From a bacterium (GTDB lineage Bacteria > Patescibacteriota > Microgenomatia > Levybacterales > UBA12049), in assembly GCA_021784535.1 (NCBI GenBank), contig JAJYHW010000085.1, forward strand, positions 1 through 44,119: a stretch of 44,119 bases of DNA, read 5' to 3'. This document shows, piece after piece, positions 32,291 to 42,546 of this stretch (position 1 is its first letter; every line of letters starts with the position of its first letter). The translations under genes and the position numbers were made by a program. The notes beneath the pieces were generated by a model. That model was not told the origin of the DNA and made no database searches. It worked only from the letters and a program-made list of their open reading frames with translations.

Positions 32291-34488
32291 TTTATTTTAT
32301 ATATCCTCGTTATTCCGTGTTGATACACAATGTGCCCAAGTTTTGCAAATTTCTGTTCATCCAAATTCGGGTATTTTTGAAATTCAAGTGTGCCTACATA
32401 AACATAGCGAACGTGGTATTTGGCAAGAAGTGCTTTTGCCGTTTGCAGATTGGTTGTTTCATATATTGTTTTTACATCAATTATACGGGGTGCTGGAATA
32501 GAATAGCTTCCCCGCCAGAGCCATTCATGAACAGTCCAGCCAAGAACAGTCGGAAGTCCTGTATTTGCTGAAATTCTTGCATAGTCTGTATATGAATCTC
32601 CTTGCGCTTCCAGAATGACAGGCTGTCCTTTAATGTTTTTATTAAGCCATTTAATGGCTGCATAGTCGTCTGGGTACAGCGTCTTTAAATATTTGATACC
32701 GTTAAGTCCCTGATAATTTTTAAAATTATTATAATACGCGTTAACCGCAAGAAATGGATAGGTCATAACAAGAGAAACCAGAATGAAGGTGATGAATAAA
32801 AATATACTGGTAACAATTTTTCCTTTTATGCGTTGATATGGGAGATCAAGTGTGATTCTGACGATGACATAAGCACTGCTGATTGAAAGTAAAATAAATG
32901 CCTGGAAAACGAGTTTAAACATCGTATTTGCACGGTAATAGGTCAGATAAATATCTTTGAGATAAAAAAATTCAGGAACGAAAATCAAAAATGTCGCAAG
33001 AATCATCAGCAAGATAATAAAAATGTCAGTAATCATGCGTTTTTTTGAGCGCAGCAAGAAAAAAACAAAACTTATCATGAAGAAAAGAAAGAAGCCATAG
33101 AGCGTCAGTAGTTCCCACCAGTATGATCTTTGACAGTGATTTGGCTCAAACAGGAATGGTCCGATTCTTCCGATTTTTATTAAGAAATCAGGCGCGCAAA
33201 TGACGCCAATTCCGCGCGAATACACTGATGCATCAAAGAAAAAGTTATATGGTGTTGAAAAGAAGAATAAGCCTGCAGTTATAATAAGTAGTGAAAGAAA
33301 GAAGTCCCGTCCCCATGCGATGTACCACCTTGTTGCCTTTTTATATAAGAGTCTTCTTCTCCACTGAATATACAGGATTATCATCATTGCGAGAAGCCAA
33401 TAGATAGCGCCGTCCCACGCATTGGTCATATACATTATTGCAAGGAAAAAACCAATAATAAGCAAGGAAAGTGGAGGAATCTGGAAGGTTTGACCAATAT
33501 GTATCTTTTTTTCATTTTCTAAAGAAGTTTGCGTAAGAAGGAGAGCAAAAAGAAAAGCAATTGTTATGAGTACAAACGGAATATCCAGTACGTGTCCATG
33601 CAGGTCTGCCACTGTCCAGGAATAAATAGGGAATTCATGGATGGTATGGTAGATAAAACGGGTAGCATCAGGATACCAGTAATTATTGGGAAAAGTAAAT
33701 GGCCTGAACGGCAGCTGCCAGAGTGGAACGGGATGATTTGCGTTGTATGGTGCAAAAAATGCGTAAAGAATATGAAGGTTTCCAGCGAGAGTAACAAGGC
33801 AGGCAGTAAGTATTCCCGATCCGATAAGTTTTGTTTTTCCTAGTACCTTTGCACCGTTCAGGTGATAATATAGATTCGCACCGAGCGAGAATGTAAGAGA
33901 GAAGCATGTTGCGACAATTGTTGAAAGCATCAAGTTAAAAGTGATATAGGAAGGTAGATTTGATAGCTTGGTCAGCATAGCCGTTACCAGATGTCCAAAA
34001 TAATAATAATTGATAGTGTACGGAGTGAACCACATGTCTTTTGGAGGAAAATATTTTGAACGTAAGATTGAATTGACGAACCCGAAATCCATAAATTTTT
34101 CAAGGCCGTGGATAGCAGGATTGAATGAATGAATGTATGCCCAGATAAAAAGGACAGTTATAAATAAGAGCTCTTCAATTGCGAATATAAGCCAGAGCTT
34201 TTTGAGATAAAAAATAAATTCTCTTTTTTGCTTTGAAAGAAAAAAAAGAATGCATGCTAGAAGGATAGCTGTGATACTAATAGTCGGGACAGTGAATGGA
34301 GCAAGATGCAGTATCCCGAGAACAAAAACAGCATAAGCAACAAGCGATGCTCCAAGAATTCTGGAAAAAAGATATCCCTTATCAAAAAAAGGTGAAAAGA
34401 GCCGCATGGTGAAAGGCAAAAAAGCTGCCCCCAACAAAAAGAGCACAAGCCACCATTGTAAAATAGCGATACTGTCTGAAAAATACAT
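32284..34488 (-). CDS. DUF2298 / 'YYY' polytopic membrane protein (GT-C-like)
   Basis: 734 aa with more than 15 TM segments. The INYYYFGH motif is characteristic of the chlor_Arch_YYY/DUF2298 family. Confidence 0.75.
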   Translation of the reverse strand: MYFSDSIAILQWWLVLFLLGAAFLPFTMRLFSPFFDKGYLFSRILGASLVAYAVFVLGILHLAPFTVPTISITAILLACILFFLSKQKREFIFYLKKLWLIFAIEELLFITVLFIWAYIHSFNPAIHGLEKFMDFGFVNSILRSKYFPPKDMWFTPYTINYYYFGHLVTAMLTKLSNLPSYITFNLMLSTIVATCFSLTFSLGANLYYHLNGAKVLGKTKLIGSGILTACLVTLAGNLHILYAFFAPYNANHPVPLWQLPFRPFTFPNNYWYPDATRFIYHTIHEFPIYSWTVADLHGHVLDIPFVLITIAFLFALLLTQTSLENEKKIHIGQTFQIPPLSLLIIGFFLAIMYMTNAWDGAIYWLLAMMIILYIQWRRRLLYKKATRWYIAWGRDFFLSLLIITAGLFFFSTPYNFFFDASVYSRGIGVICAPDFLIKIGRIGPFLFEPNHCQRSYWWELLTLYGFFLFFMISFVFFLLRSKKRMITDIFIILLMILATFLIFVPEFFYLKDIYLTYYRANTMFKLVFQAFILLSISSAYVIVRITLDLPYQRIKGKIVTSIFLFITFILVSLVMTYPFLAVNAYYNNFKNYQGLNGIKYLKTLYPDDYAAIKWLNKNIKGQPVILEAQGDSYTDYARISANTGLPTVLGWTVHEWLWRGSYSIPAPRIIDVKTIYETTNLQTAKALLAKYHVRYVYVGTLEFQKYPNLDEQKFAKLGHIVYQHGITRIYKINY

Positions 34489-34518
34489 AATAAATAGTTT
34501 TGTTTTATCTCTCAGCTC

Positions 34519-35073
34519 TCAGCTTATAATTTTTTTAAAAATTTCTTCTAAATTTTTTGCTGCTGTAATATTATTATCAAATTTTACAGCTTTTGCGTGT
34601 TCATCAAGCCAGTAAAATGTTGTGTCAGGATTATGTTTCGCGACATACCGGACAAGAGAAAGATCGTCGTCGATAAAGATATCAAGGTTTAATTTTTGCA
34701 AAACGTTATTTTTGAATTCATGGGGTTGATCATTGTTATAATTAAAATAGAGTTTATCAAAAATTTCATCAAATTTGTATTTTTTGATAAGCCTTTGGGT
34801 TTCCGGCTCAAGAAATTTAAATCTGCTTGAGATAAGATATAACTTGTTTTCTTTATCATTCGCCAATCTTTGCAGAATCGCAAAATTATCTTTTATAGGC
34901 TGCCTAAGGATAGGGGTATGGAGGGCTTTTCTTAATAACTGTTCAGGGACGTGCGGAATACGGTAAAGCAAAACGCCGTTATCTCTTGCTTTGTAGAATT
35001 TGTTTATAACAGCGCTGGGGATAAAAGGCGGAGTGTTGATGAAAATTTTATCCAGATCAAAACCTATCTTCAT
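34519..35073 (-). CDS. HAD-superfamily hydrolase (5'(3')-nucleotidase-like)
   Basis: DLDKIF (DxD motif I), LISSR (motif II) and FIDDD (motif IV). Confidence 0.6.
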   Translation of the reverse strand: MKIGFDLDKIFINTPPFIPSAVINKFYKARDNGVLLYRIPHVPEQLLRKALHTPILRQPIKDNFAILQRLANDKENKLYLISSRFKFLEPETQRLIKKYKFDEIFDKLYFNYNNDQPHEFKNNVLQKLNLDIFIDDDLSLVRYVAKHNPDTTFYWLDEHAKAVKFDNNITAAKNLEEIFKKIIS

Positions 35074-35095
35074 AAATGTATTATACTATTCTAGC

Positions 35096-36229
35096 ATGAA
35101 ATTGTTGATAAGTCTTTCATACTATTCGCCGCATATCAGCGGTTTAACGCTTGCCTTACGGCATCTTGCTGAGTTACTACAGAGAAATGGCTATACAGTC
35201 ACGGTGTTGGCTGCTCAGCATAAGAAAAATTTGCCTGATGAAGAAAAAATAAATGAGGTGACAGTCGTGCGGGTTCCCTATTTTTTTCGGGTCAATAAAG
35301 GATTCTTTATGCCAGGTTTTTCTAAAACAGCATTTCGTTTGTTGCAAAAAAACGATGTCGTTTTACTTACGTTGCCGCAGGTGCAATCGTTGATCGTTGC
35401 GATTGTGGCAAAATTACTCAGGAAGAAAATTGTGTGTCTTTATATTTGCGAGGTGACGCTTTCAGGAGGATTTCTCGCGAAAATAGTAAATAGTATGATC
35501 AGGTTAATCAATAGAACAACATTGTTGCTTGCTGATCAGATCGTGACACTCACTGATGATTTTGCGGTACATACCGCTAATTTGAAAGAGCCAGAAAAAA
35601 AAGTGGCGGGTATTTATCCTGTTATTATCCCGCCGCGAATCATTCAGGCTGAAATTGACGCATTGCAAAAAAGAGTACTGCGTAAAAAATATTATATCGG
35701 TTATCTTGGGAGGATCGCGTCGGAGAAAGGGATTGTGCATCTTCTTGAAGCGATACCCTCTTTACAAAAAATATTGGGCACTGATTTTGCCGTTATTTTT
35801 GCCGGTCCAAAAAAAACTGTTGGAGAAGAACTATATCGGAAGAAAGTCGAAAGTTTGTTTAAAAAATATTCAAAGTTTGTTATTCAGCTTGGCGAGTTGT
35901 CTGATGCACAAGTAGGCGCTTTTTATTCATTGCTTGATGTCTTTGTATTGCCAAGTACCAATAATACTGAGGCATTTGGGATGGTGCAGGTTGAAGCAAT
36001 GTATTGCGGGACACCTGTTGTGACGACTGATCTTCCGGGAGTGCGGGTGCCGGTTCAGAAAACCGGTATGGGGGAAATTGTGCCACCCGGAAATGTTTCA
36101 GCGCTTGCCCAAGCGATTGAAAAAATTTTGAAAAACAAACGGCAGTATCGCAAACAACGTGAGCTGATAGAAGATATCTTTTCTGAGAAGAAAATAGTGC
36201 TCGCGTATCAGCGCTTGTTTACTGTTTGA
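35096..36229 (+). CDS. Glycosyltransferase family 4 (GT-B, RfaB-like)
   Basis: MKLLISLSYYSPHISGL...; C-terminal EAFGMVQVEAMYCGTPVV (E-x7-E type). The ATG at 35096 was chosen because the longer ORF from 35000 overlaps the divergent gene. Confidence 0.85.
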   Translation: MKLLISLSYYSPHISGLTLALRHLAELLQRNGYTVTVLAAQHKKNLPDEEKINEVTVVRVPYFFRVNKGFFMPGFSKTAFRLLQKNDVVLLTLPQVQSLIVAIVAKLLRKKIVCLYICEVTLSGGFLAKIVNSMIRLINRTTLLLADQIVTLTDDFAVHTANLKEPEKKVAGIYPVIIPPRIIQAEIDALQKRVLRKKYYIGYLGRIASEKGIVHLLEAIPSLQKILGTDFAVIFAGPKKTVGEELYRKKVESLFKKYSKFVIQLGELSDAQVGAFYSLLDVFVLPSTNNTEAFGMVQVEAMYCGTPVVTTDLPGVRVPVQKTGMGEIVPPGNVSALAQAIEKILKNKRQYRKQRELIEDIFSEKKIVLAYQRLFTV

Positions 36230-37742
36230 TTTGCAATACCCTGGCAATGGTAAAAGAGCCTTTTTGTAAAAAATAAGCATTGAACTGCTTGTCGCATGCA
36301 GCGAGTCCAATAAGTGTTTGTTTATCTACGGGGCTTGTGATAAGAACAGCATGCGATATCGTTTTTACTGTATCACAGAGAAGAGTTGTCGTGGGCGGCG
36401 ACTGCAGGAAAAATACCGTATGTTTCTTGGTCATGCTGTCAATAATTGCCTGTTGCTCCGGTTGATGCCACTCGCTCCATCCCGATCCGATGACTACAAA
36501 TGTTGTTTGCGGCGGATAGCTGTCTATGGTATGAGCTATGATTTTTGCAAAAGGAGTATTCTGATCCGGAAGAAAATACGGATAAATAACGAAATATTTA
36601 TATAGATTTGCTGCTGTAATAATGAGTAACAAGTAGGTAATGCAAAGATAATAAAATATTTTTTGCAGCTTCTTGTTTTGGATGGTTTGAGAGAAAATAA
36701 AATGCCACGTTTGCGTTATGCCGTACCCTGTTGCGAGGTAAACAAACGGGATAACACCAATCATCCTGCCGATATTTGGTTGCGCAGTCGGGTTATGGAT
36801 ATCAAGCAGTGAAGGAATTTGGATAAGTATAAAAGGAAGAATAATAAATTCAAAATATTTCATTTGTTTTTTTTTGATGGAAGTTCGGATGAGGAGAAAA
36901 AAACCAATGAAAAAAAAGAGTGCCGATATGATATCCAGATGCGGAGATAAGGGAACGTTTAGCCTGAATCCCTGATCTCCTCGGAGAAAAAATGAGAAAA
37001 AGTTCGCGCTGATATTATGAATAAGATTGTGAATGATATTGCTTAGGGGTAAATTGTCTGATATCGCAAGTTTTTCTCCGAAATATGATTGATTGGTGAA
37101 AAAACCGGTTTTTTCTGTGGCGAAGCTATACAGTAATGGTATTGTTATAAGAAGCCCTAATAAAAGTATTTTATATCGTCTCCAGAAGACAAGCGGCATT
37201 CCCCAAAAACTTGCCTGTGCATACATGCCAAGCCCCAGGAATACTCCTGCTGCTATTTTTTTATTCTTTATTGCGAAAAGAAGTGTTATGGTTATAAATA
37301 ATGGAACGAGCATTCTCGCGTGAGGTTGTCGTGCGAATGTAATGCTCCAAAATGAAACCGCAGCCAAAAAACCGGAAATAACAGCTATTTCTTGCTTTTT
37401 GAAGAGTTCTTCAGCGAGTAAATAAAGAAATATAATGAAAAAAAGATAGACAAAAACAGAAGTAAGTTTTAATGTATAGAATGATAATCCCAAAAACCAG
37501 CTGACAAGAACAACAAGATAGGTGTAAATCGGGCCGTCGCCGCCGTAACGGTAATTATAGAAAAAAACACCGTGTTGCATTTGTTGAGCAAGATAATAAT
37601 GTGCGATTGCGTCTCCCCACATTTCACCCGGAAGCGTATTTAGTTGATAGAGTCCGATAAAAGCACCAATGAGTAAGATGCCAAAAAGTGTCCAATAAGT
37701 TTTTAGAATTTGTTTGCAGTGTGCCATTTTTGCTTTCGGCAT
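36219..37742 (-). CDS. GT39/GT83 (ArnT/PMT-like) polytopic glycosyltransferase, paralog 1
   Basis: About 12 TM segments with a first-loop GEMWGDAIAHYY motif. The ATG at 37742 is 16 nt after the upstream stop. The longer ORF to 37916 overlaps the upstream gene. Confidence 0.7.
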   Translation of the reverse strand: MPKAKMAHCKQILKTYWTLFGILLIGAFIGLYQLNTLPGEMWGDAIAHYYLAQQMQHGVFFYNYRYGGDGPIYTYLVVLVSWFLGLSFYTLKLTSVFVYLFFIIFLYLLAEELFKKQEIAVISGFLAAVSFWSITFARQPHARMLVPLFITITLLFAIKNKKIAAGVFLGLGMYAQASFWGMPLVFWRRYKILLLGLLITIPLLYSFATEKTGFFTNQSYFGEKLAISDNLPLSNIIHNLIHNISANFFSFFLRGDQGFRLNVPLSPHLDIISALFFFIGFFLLIRTSIKKKQMKYFEFIILPFILIQIPSLLDIHNPTAQPNIGRMIGVIPFVYLATGYGITQTWHFIFSQTIQNKKLQKIFYYLCITYLLLIITAANLYKYFVIYPYFLPDQNTPFAKIIAHTIDSYPPQTTFVVIGSGWSEWHQPEQQAIIDSMTKKHTVFFLQSPPTTTLLCDTVKTISHAVLITSPVDKQTLIGLAACDKQFNAYFLQKGSFTIARVLQIKQ

Positions 37743-37758
37743 AAAAAATCTTTCTCTT

Positions 37759-39435
37759 TCATCTGATATGTTTGAAGATAATGACTTTGGGATGATCATA
37801 GACTGTAAATGCCTCTTCTGCATTGTCATCAGGGATAGTAAGTGGGATACCGAGGTACGTGAGCGATGGATATGAAGTAAATTCAGCAATTTTTTTGTAG
37901 GCAGTTTTACCAGCAAAAAGATTGTGATAAAATTGTGTCATGCGCGGATATCTCTCAGGAACTGTCGGGATACTTCCCCATCCTCGGTTTGAAGATAAAA
38001 TAAGATAATCACCTTGCGCCAACATAGTATCCATCGTATTCCATTTTTGTTGCGTATCAGGATCAAAAACAGGTAATTCTTTGATCGTATAATTACTTCC
38101 GGATAATGTGCCGATTGGCAATGGCAAAGCATCGTCCCAGCTTTCTGTCAAAATGACACTTTTGGGCGGAATGTGTGCATAGATCCATTCAGAAGCTGTG
38201 ACGCGGGTGATGGGTTTGGTATAGATAGAGAAAAAGAGTAATGGCCAGATAATGATACCGAAAAAAAGCATGACCTGAACGAGTCTGGGAATTTGTCTGG
38301 AAGTATAAGTAAATCCTATACCGGCAAAAATTGCAAGGAATGGATAAAGAATTAGAAAATATCGCATGGTTTGGACTGTTTGGTATCCCTGATAAAGAAA
38401 AAAGAGAATAACCCATGTCAGTATAAAAAAAAGATCAGCACTGCGAATTTTTTTAAAAAGAGCGTAAATGCCAAGAGTAATACATATCGAATAGCCAATC
38501 CCGACACCGTAGAGAATAAGATTTTTTAGTGCAAAAAGCACCGGCGTTTTGTGTATCCATTGAACACCGGGAGGAAACCATGCCGTTGGACTACTCCATG
38601 CTTCGAGTTCTTTGATGTTATTGATAAAATGTTGGCTAGGACGCAAATCGAAAAGATTGCCTGTTTGAAAAAGGTAGGGGTCGGCGATCCTTCCGGCAAG
38701 ATACGTAATTAACCCAAAAAGTAAGAGGTCACCGGCAAGACGGGGAAGGTTTATTTTTTCAATCTGTCGATGCTTTGCATAGGCATTTATTAAGAGATAA
38801 AGAAGCAGCGGTGAAATAAAAACAGCAGTTACTTTTGATGCTATAGCCAATCCAAAAAAAAGGCCGCCAAGTAATAGCCATGCAAGATTTTTTGTAAAAG
38901 AAAAGCGGAGAGTAAAATAAAAAGAGATAAAAGCAAAGGAACTGACGAAGGTGTCAACAGCAAAAAAATGAGAAAGTTGGATAGGCAATACAGCAATAGC
39001 GTACATAAATGCTGCCCAATACTTTGTGTTCTTGTGAATACCATATTCTTTTTCAAAAATTTTTACAGTTTTGAAGATAACAAGAATGACGAGAAGATCT
39101 ACAAATCCGGAGAGTAGTCTTCCCGTAAGCGTAAAAGTATTATAAGTATCAGAATTGGTCAGTAAGAGAAGAATTTTGTTAACAACGACAGGGAATGTTC
39201 CATAGACATAAAAAGAATGTCCGATATTTGCCGGATTCATCGGAGAGGTTTGTGGGGTAAGGTATTGCGCAAAAGAATGCGGCAGTTTCATATCCTCTCC
39301 AACCATTGTGAGAAAACGCTCATCAGGATGCAAATGTTCATTTTGATCAAAATTAATATCGTAGAATCGGAAAAATGCGCCGATAATAACAATAAGCAGG
39401 AGAAGCAGCTTACTTTTGTTGAAAAATTTTTGCAT
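37759..39435 (-). CDS. GT39 (PMT/ArnT-like) polytopic glycosyltransferase, paralog 2
   Basis: 558 aa, polytopic, with a first-loop HLHPDERF motif. Confidence 0.75.
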   Translation of the reverse strand: MQKFFNKSKLLLLLIVIIGAFFRFYDINFDQNEHLHPDERFLTMVGEDMKLPHSFAQYLTPQTSPMNPANIGHSFYVYGTFPVVVNKILLLLTNSDTYNTFTLTGRLLSGFVDLLVILVIFKTVKIFEKEYGIHKNTKYWAAFMYAIAVLPIQLSHFFAVDTFVSSFAFISFYFTLRFSFTKNLAWLLLGGLFFGLAIASKVTAVFISPLLLYLLINAYAKHRQIEKINLPRLAGDLLLFGLITYLAGRIADPYLFQTGNLFDLRPSQHFINNIKELEAWSSPTAWFPPGVQWIHKTPVLFALKNLILYGVGIGYSICITLGIYALFKKIRSADLFFILTWVILFFLYQGYQTVQTMRYFLILYPFLAIFAGIGFTYTSRQIPRLVQVMLFFGIIIWPLLFFSIYTKPITRVTASEWIYAHIPPKSVILTESWDDALPLPIGTLSGSNYTIKELPVFDPDTQQKWNTMDTMLAQGDYLILSSNRGWGSIPTVPERYPRMTQFYHNLFAGKTAYKKIAEFTSYPSLTYLGIPLTIPDDNAEEAFTVYDHPKVIIFKHIR

Positions 39436-39453
39436 TATTTTTTCATTGTATCA

Positions 39454-41109
39454 TTAGTTATTTTTTTTGAAAATAAACACGGTTGGATGATCAAATACTG
39501 AGACTGTTTGTTCCCACCAGTACACAGGATCACCCAAATATACAATTCTGCAGAAAATATCACAAGGAGTTTGATAGATTTTATGAAATCCGAGCTTTCC
39601 GTTTAATAATGATTGATAAAACGCATGTCCTTTGGGAAACTGCTTTGGGTTTTGTATACGTGATTGGAGAATTCTCTGACTTGGTAAAATGATATATTGT
39701 GCCAAAGCAATTTTTTGCCGCAATTGCGTGACGGTTGCAGCAGGGGGATGCGTATCAAGCCCATAGAAATTAAAGGTATCAATATGAGGAAATGCTTCCT
39801 GAAATGGTAATATGCCAAGATCTGCCGGTTCTGTGAGGATATGTGCGTTGAGAGGGATAGTCTGTTGTGCGAAAACTACTGCCATAAGTCGCGGGTCAAT
39901 AGCGACAAAAGCTGTTGCAAAGTATGCGTATGCAAAGACTCCTGTCAAAATACATAAAAGTGCTATTTCAAGTGCGAGAAGTCGAGCAAAATGTCTGCCT
40001 GCTTTTATGAGTTTTGTAAGCGCAAGTGAATTGATCAGTATTATAAAAGGAATAGTTGGCACCAGATAGCGGGTCCATTTTACAAAAAGAACAGCTTGTG
40101 AAAGAAAAAGAATCAAAAAGAAAGCGGCAAGAAGTAGAAATTGACTATTTTTTTGCTTAACAGCGATGATAAAAAGATAGATACCTGCAGGGATAAAAAG
40201 TAGCGTAGCTAATGGATTGAGTAAAAATGGATATATATGCAAAAATTGGTAAATAATTGGTGTTGTATCAAGAAAATTTTCAGTGTAGAAAACAGGAAGT
40301 GTCCCGAAGGCCACACCGGATTCGTAGTGCATGCTTGAAAGAAAATCTTTTGCATCAAATACGACATACGGATTAGTGAAAAGGTAAACCAGAGCAGCGA
40401 TGATCAGGAAGAATAGTATTTCCTTCAACGCATGCAGCGCGTGAAGTTTTTTGCTAGTGTTTCGAAAAACAAGTATCGGAATAAGAATAAGAGGAATCGG
40501 CAGAAGGGCAAGGGAAGTTATTTTGATTGCAACGAGGGTGCCAAAAAGAAGCGCAGAAAGCAAAATATTGATCCGTGTTTTCTTTTCCAGAACATGCAAA
40601 AAGCTCAAAAAAAGTAATACGCCAAAGAAGGTTAGCCACATTTCGAAGGTTCCAAAATGGGCAAACTGGATAAAGCCTACGCAGAATGTCGCGAAAAAAA
40701 CACTGAGTAAACCGACAGTCGCATTTTGAAGTTTTTTACCAAGAAAAAATAATAATGGAATAAGGAGTGTCGCAAGAATCGCAGAATAGATTCTGCTTAT
40801 CATAATTGCCTGTTCAAAAGTTACTGTTTGTAAGGAGGTTGGGGATGCTTGGTTAATCCATTGGGAAAAATAGTTTACGGCTATGCCGGTAAAATAAATA
40901 GTATAAATAGGCAAGGAGCCATAGGCAAAAAAATGTGGATTCATTTGGGTGAAAAAACGCAATTGGCTCACCGCGTTTGCAATATTGCGTTCGTCAGGAT
41001 GAAAATAGAAAGGCGCACCCCAGTTCAAATTGTAGAAATGGAGAAAACCGCCAATTAAAGTAAGTAAAAATACGATATAAAAACTCTTTTTAATTCGAAA
41101 AATTTTCAT
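39454..41109 (-). CDS. GT39 (PMT/ArnT-like) polytopic glycosyltransferase, paralog 3
   Basis: First-loop FYFHPDERN motif. The ATG at 41109 (MKIFRIKKSF) was chosen because the extension to 41187 lies inside a repeat element. Confidence 0.75.
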   Translation of the reverse strand: MKIFRIKKSFYIVFLLTLIGGFLHFYNLNWGAPFYFHPDERNIANAVSQLRFFTQMNPHFFAYGSLPIYTIYFTGIAVNYFSQWINQASPTSLQTVTFEQAIMISRIYSAILATLLIPLLFFLGKKLQNATVGLLSVFFATFCVGFIQFAHFGTFEMWLTFFGVLLFLSFLHVLEKKTRINILLSALLFGTLVAIKITSLALLPIPLILIPILVFRNTSKKLHALHALKEILFFLIIAALVYLFTNPYVVFDAKDFLSSMHYESGVAFGTLPVFYTENFLDTTPIIYQFLHIYPFLLNPLATLLFIPAGIYLFIIAVKQKNSQFLLLAAFFLILFLSQAVLFVKWTRYLVPTIPFIILINSLALTKLIKAGRHFARLLALEIALLCILTGVFAYAYFATAFVAIDPRLMAVVFAQQTIPLNAHILTEPADLGILPFQEAFPHIDTFNFYGLDTHPPAATVTQLRQKIALAQYIILPSQRILQSRIQNPKQFPKGHAFYQSLLNGKLGFHKIYQTPCDIFCRIVYLGDPVYWWEQTVSVFDHPTVFIFKKNN

Positions 41110-41153
41110 AATAACAAATAATCCAATATACAAATACTGCCAATCAATAACCA

Positions 41154-41222
41154 AATACAAAATGACAAATTGCCAATACGAAATCATTTAGTATTTAGCA
41201 TTGGTCATTTAGTATTGATTTA
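41154..41222. repeat. Heptamer-built imperfect hairpin straddling a gene boundary
   Basis: Left arm ATACAAA ATGACAA ATTGCCA ATACGAA; right arm TTAGTAT TTAGCAT TGGTCAT TTAGTAT. About 17 of 23 positions are complementary. Confidence 0.6.
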
Positions 41223-42499
41223 CTTAGCAACCGTGCTGCTTTTTCACCTAATTCGACTGCATAATTTGTTCCCCTGTCCCAGGGATAGACCTGTTCAATG
41301 TTGGCAAGAAATACATTAGAGAGCGGCGTTGTCATAGCTGGAATTATACGCGAATAATTGATTGGAATGATCGGCTGAGCAAAAGGAACGGTGAATTTTT
41401 TTAACCCGATAAGATTTTTTTTATAATCCGGGTTTAATTTTTTGAGAAAGGGATCAAAAGTTTTCAATAGCGCTTCTTCGCTCAAAGTGAAATACGGGTG
41501 ATCATGTGGTAAATAGTGACCAAGATAGACAAGGTGCTCATTATTATAATGTTCACTCTTTATAAAATTGGTATGCTCGACAATTGCCAGAAGCGGTGCT
41601 TTGGTGTCGCAAATGCTGAGCCAATAGGTATTATCGGTTAAAAAAGGTTTCTTAAGCCGCATGATTACCACAATAGCTCCGAGCCCTTTAAGATTCAGTA
41701 GTGATTTTTTGTATGGTTCAGGAAGTTGTGGTGCGAGTTTCAAAAACGCAAAAGACGGGAGCGTAACAATAGCTTTATCGTAATTTCCGATTTCCAATTT
41801 CAAATTCCCAATTTTTCTGTATTTGATCTGAGGTTTATTGTTTGAGGAGATCTCGGTTATTTCAGTATTATAATAAATTTTTCCTCCTTTTGCTTCGATA
41901 ATACGAGCGAGATGGTTGGTAAATCTTAAAAAGCCTCCTTCCGGATAAGCAAGACGGGTTGTTCTTTTGGCAATGCGTCCCCAGAACCATGCGAGAGAAA
42001 TGTTTTCTGCATCTGCTCCGAATTTGCCAACGAGCAGCGGTTTCCATAGTAGCTCATACGCTTTTTTGCCAACTGTTTTTTTTAAGTATGCTGCTGTGGT
42101 AAAGCCCTCAAGTGGTTTCCAGAAAGGATTAAAGCGAAGCGGGGTAAGAGCGAGCGCCATCTGTATTCTTTCAAATACGGAAAGTTTCTGAAACGTCAAT
42201 AATGTGAACGGAGAGTCCATTTGATAAATTTTGCCATCTATCAAGTGGGATGTTTTGGGTCTTGTAATAATAACCGGGAAATCCAGTTCTTTTGCAAGAG
42301 CCAACACTGTTTTATCACTGGTAAACCAATGATGATAAAATGCCTCCAGCGTCCAGTCCCAACCAGTTTCCTGATAGCCAATTGCCAGGCCGCCGGGTTG
42401 TGTATCTTTTTCAAAGAGAGTGACGTCGTGCCCGTCTTTGACTAATTGATATGCCGCGGAAAGCCCGGTAAAGCCGGCTCCGATAATTGCTACTCTCAT
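41195..42499 (-). CDS. NAD(P)/FAD-dependent oxidoreductase (HemY/CrtI/amine-oxidase-like fold)
   Basis: MRVAIIGAGFTGLSAAYQL...LFEKDTQPGGLA dinucleotide-binding motif. 434 aa. Confidence 0.8.
   Translation of the reverse strand: MRVAIIGAGFTGLSAAYQLVKDGHDVTLFEKDTQPGGLAIGYQETGWDWTLEAFYHHWFTSDKTVLALAKELDFPVIITRPKTSHLIDGKIYQMDSPFTLLTFQKLSVFERIQMALALTPLRFNPFWKPLEGFTTAAYLKKTVGKKAYELLWKPLLVGKFGADAENISLAWFWGRIAKRTTRLAYPEGGFLRFTNHLARIIEAKGGKIYYNTEITEISSNNKPQIKYRKIGNLKLEIGNYDKAIVTLPSFAFLKLAPQLPEPYKKSLLNLKGLGAIVVIMRLKKPFLTDNTYWLSICDTKAPLLAIVEHTNFIKSEHYNNEHLVYLGHYLPHDHPYFTLSEEALLKTFDPFLKKLNPDYKKNLIGLKKFTVPFAQPIIPINYSRIIPAMTTPLSNVFLANIEQVYPWDRGTNYAVELGEKAARLLSKSILNDQC
41782..41816. repeat. AATTTCC-family heptamer tract inside the oxidoreductase gene
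   Basis: AATTTCC GATTTCC AATTTCA AATTCCC AATTTTT, translated on the minus strand as KIGNLKLEIGNY. Confidence 0.7.
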
Positions 42500-42508
42500 A
42501 CATAAGGT

Positions 42509-42536
42509 ATGCGAATTTCGAACTAATCATTCGCAT
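42509..42536. repeat. Short hairpin between the LPXTG-protein gene and the oxidoreductase gene
   Basis: ATGCGAAT (42509-42516) pairs with ATTCGCAT (42529-42536) across a 12-nt loop. GAAT/CGAA recur with a 7-nt period. Confidence 0.5.
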
Positions 42537-42546
42537 CAGATTCGTA

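Noticed and set aside
35000-35095. N-terminal extension of the GT4 ORF
   Set aside because: It overlaps the divergent HAD gene. The conserved GT4 N-terminus (MKLLISLSYYSP) starts at 35096, behind a -10 box.
37743-37916. N-terminal extension of GT39 paralog 1 (track ORF 36219-37916)
   Set aside because: It overlaps the 3' end of the upstream co-directional gene by more than 150 nt. The hydrophobic protein proper begins after the ATG at 37742.
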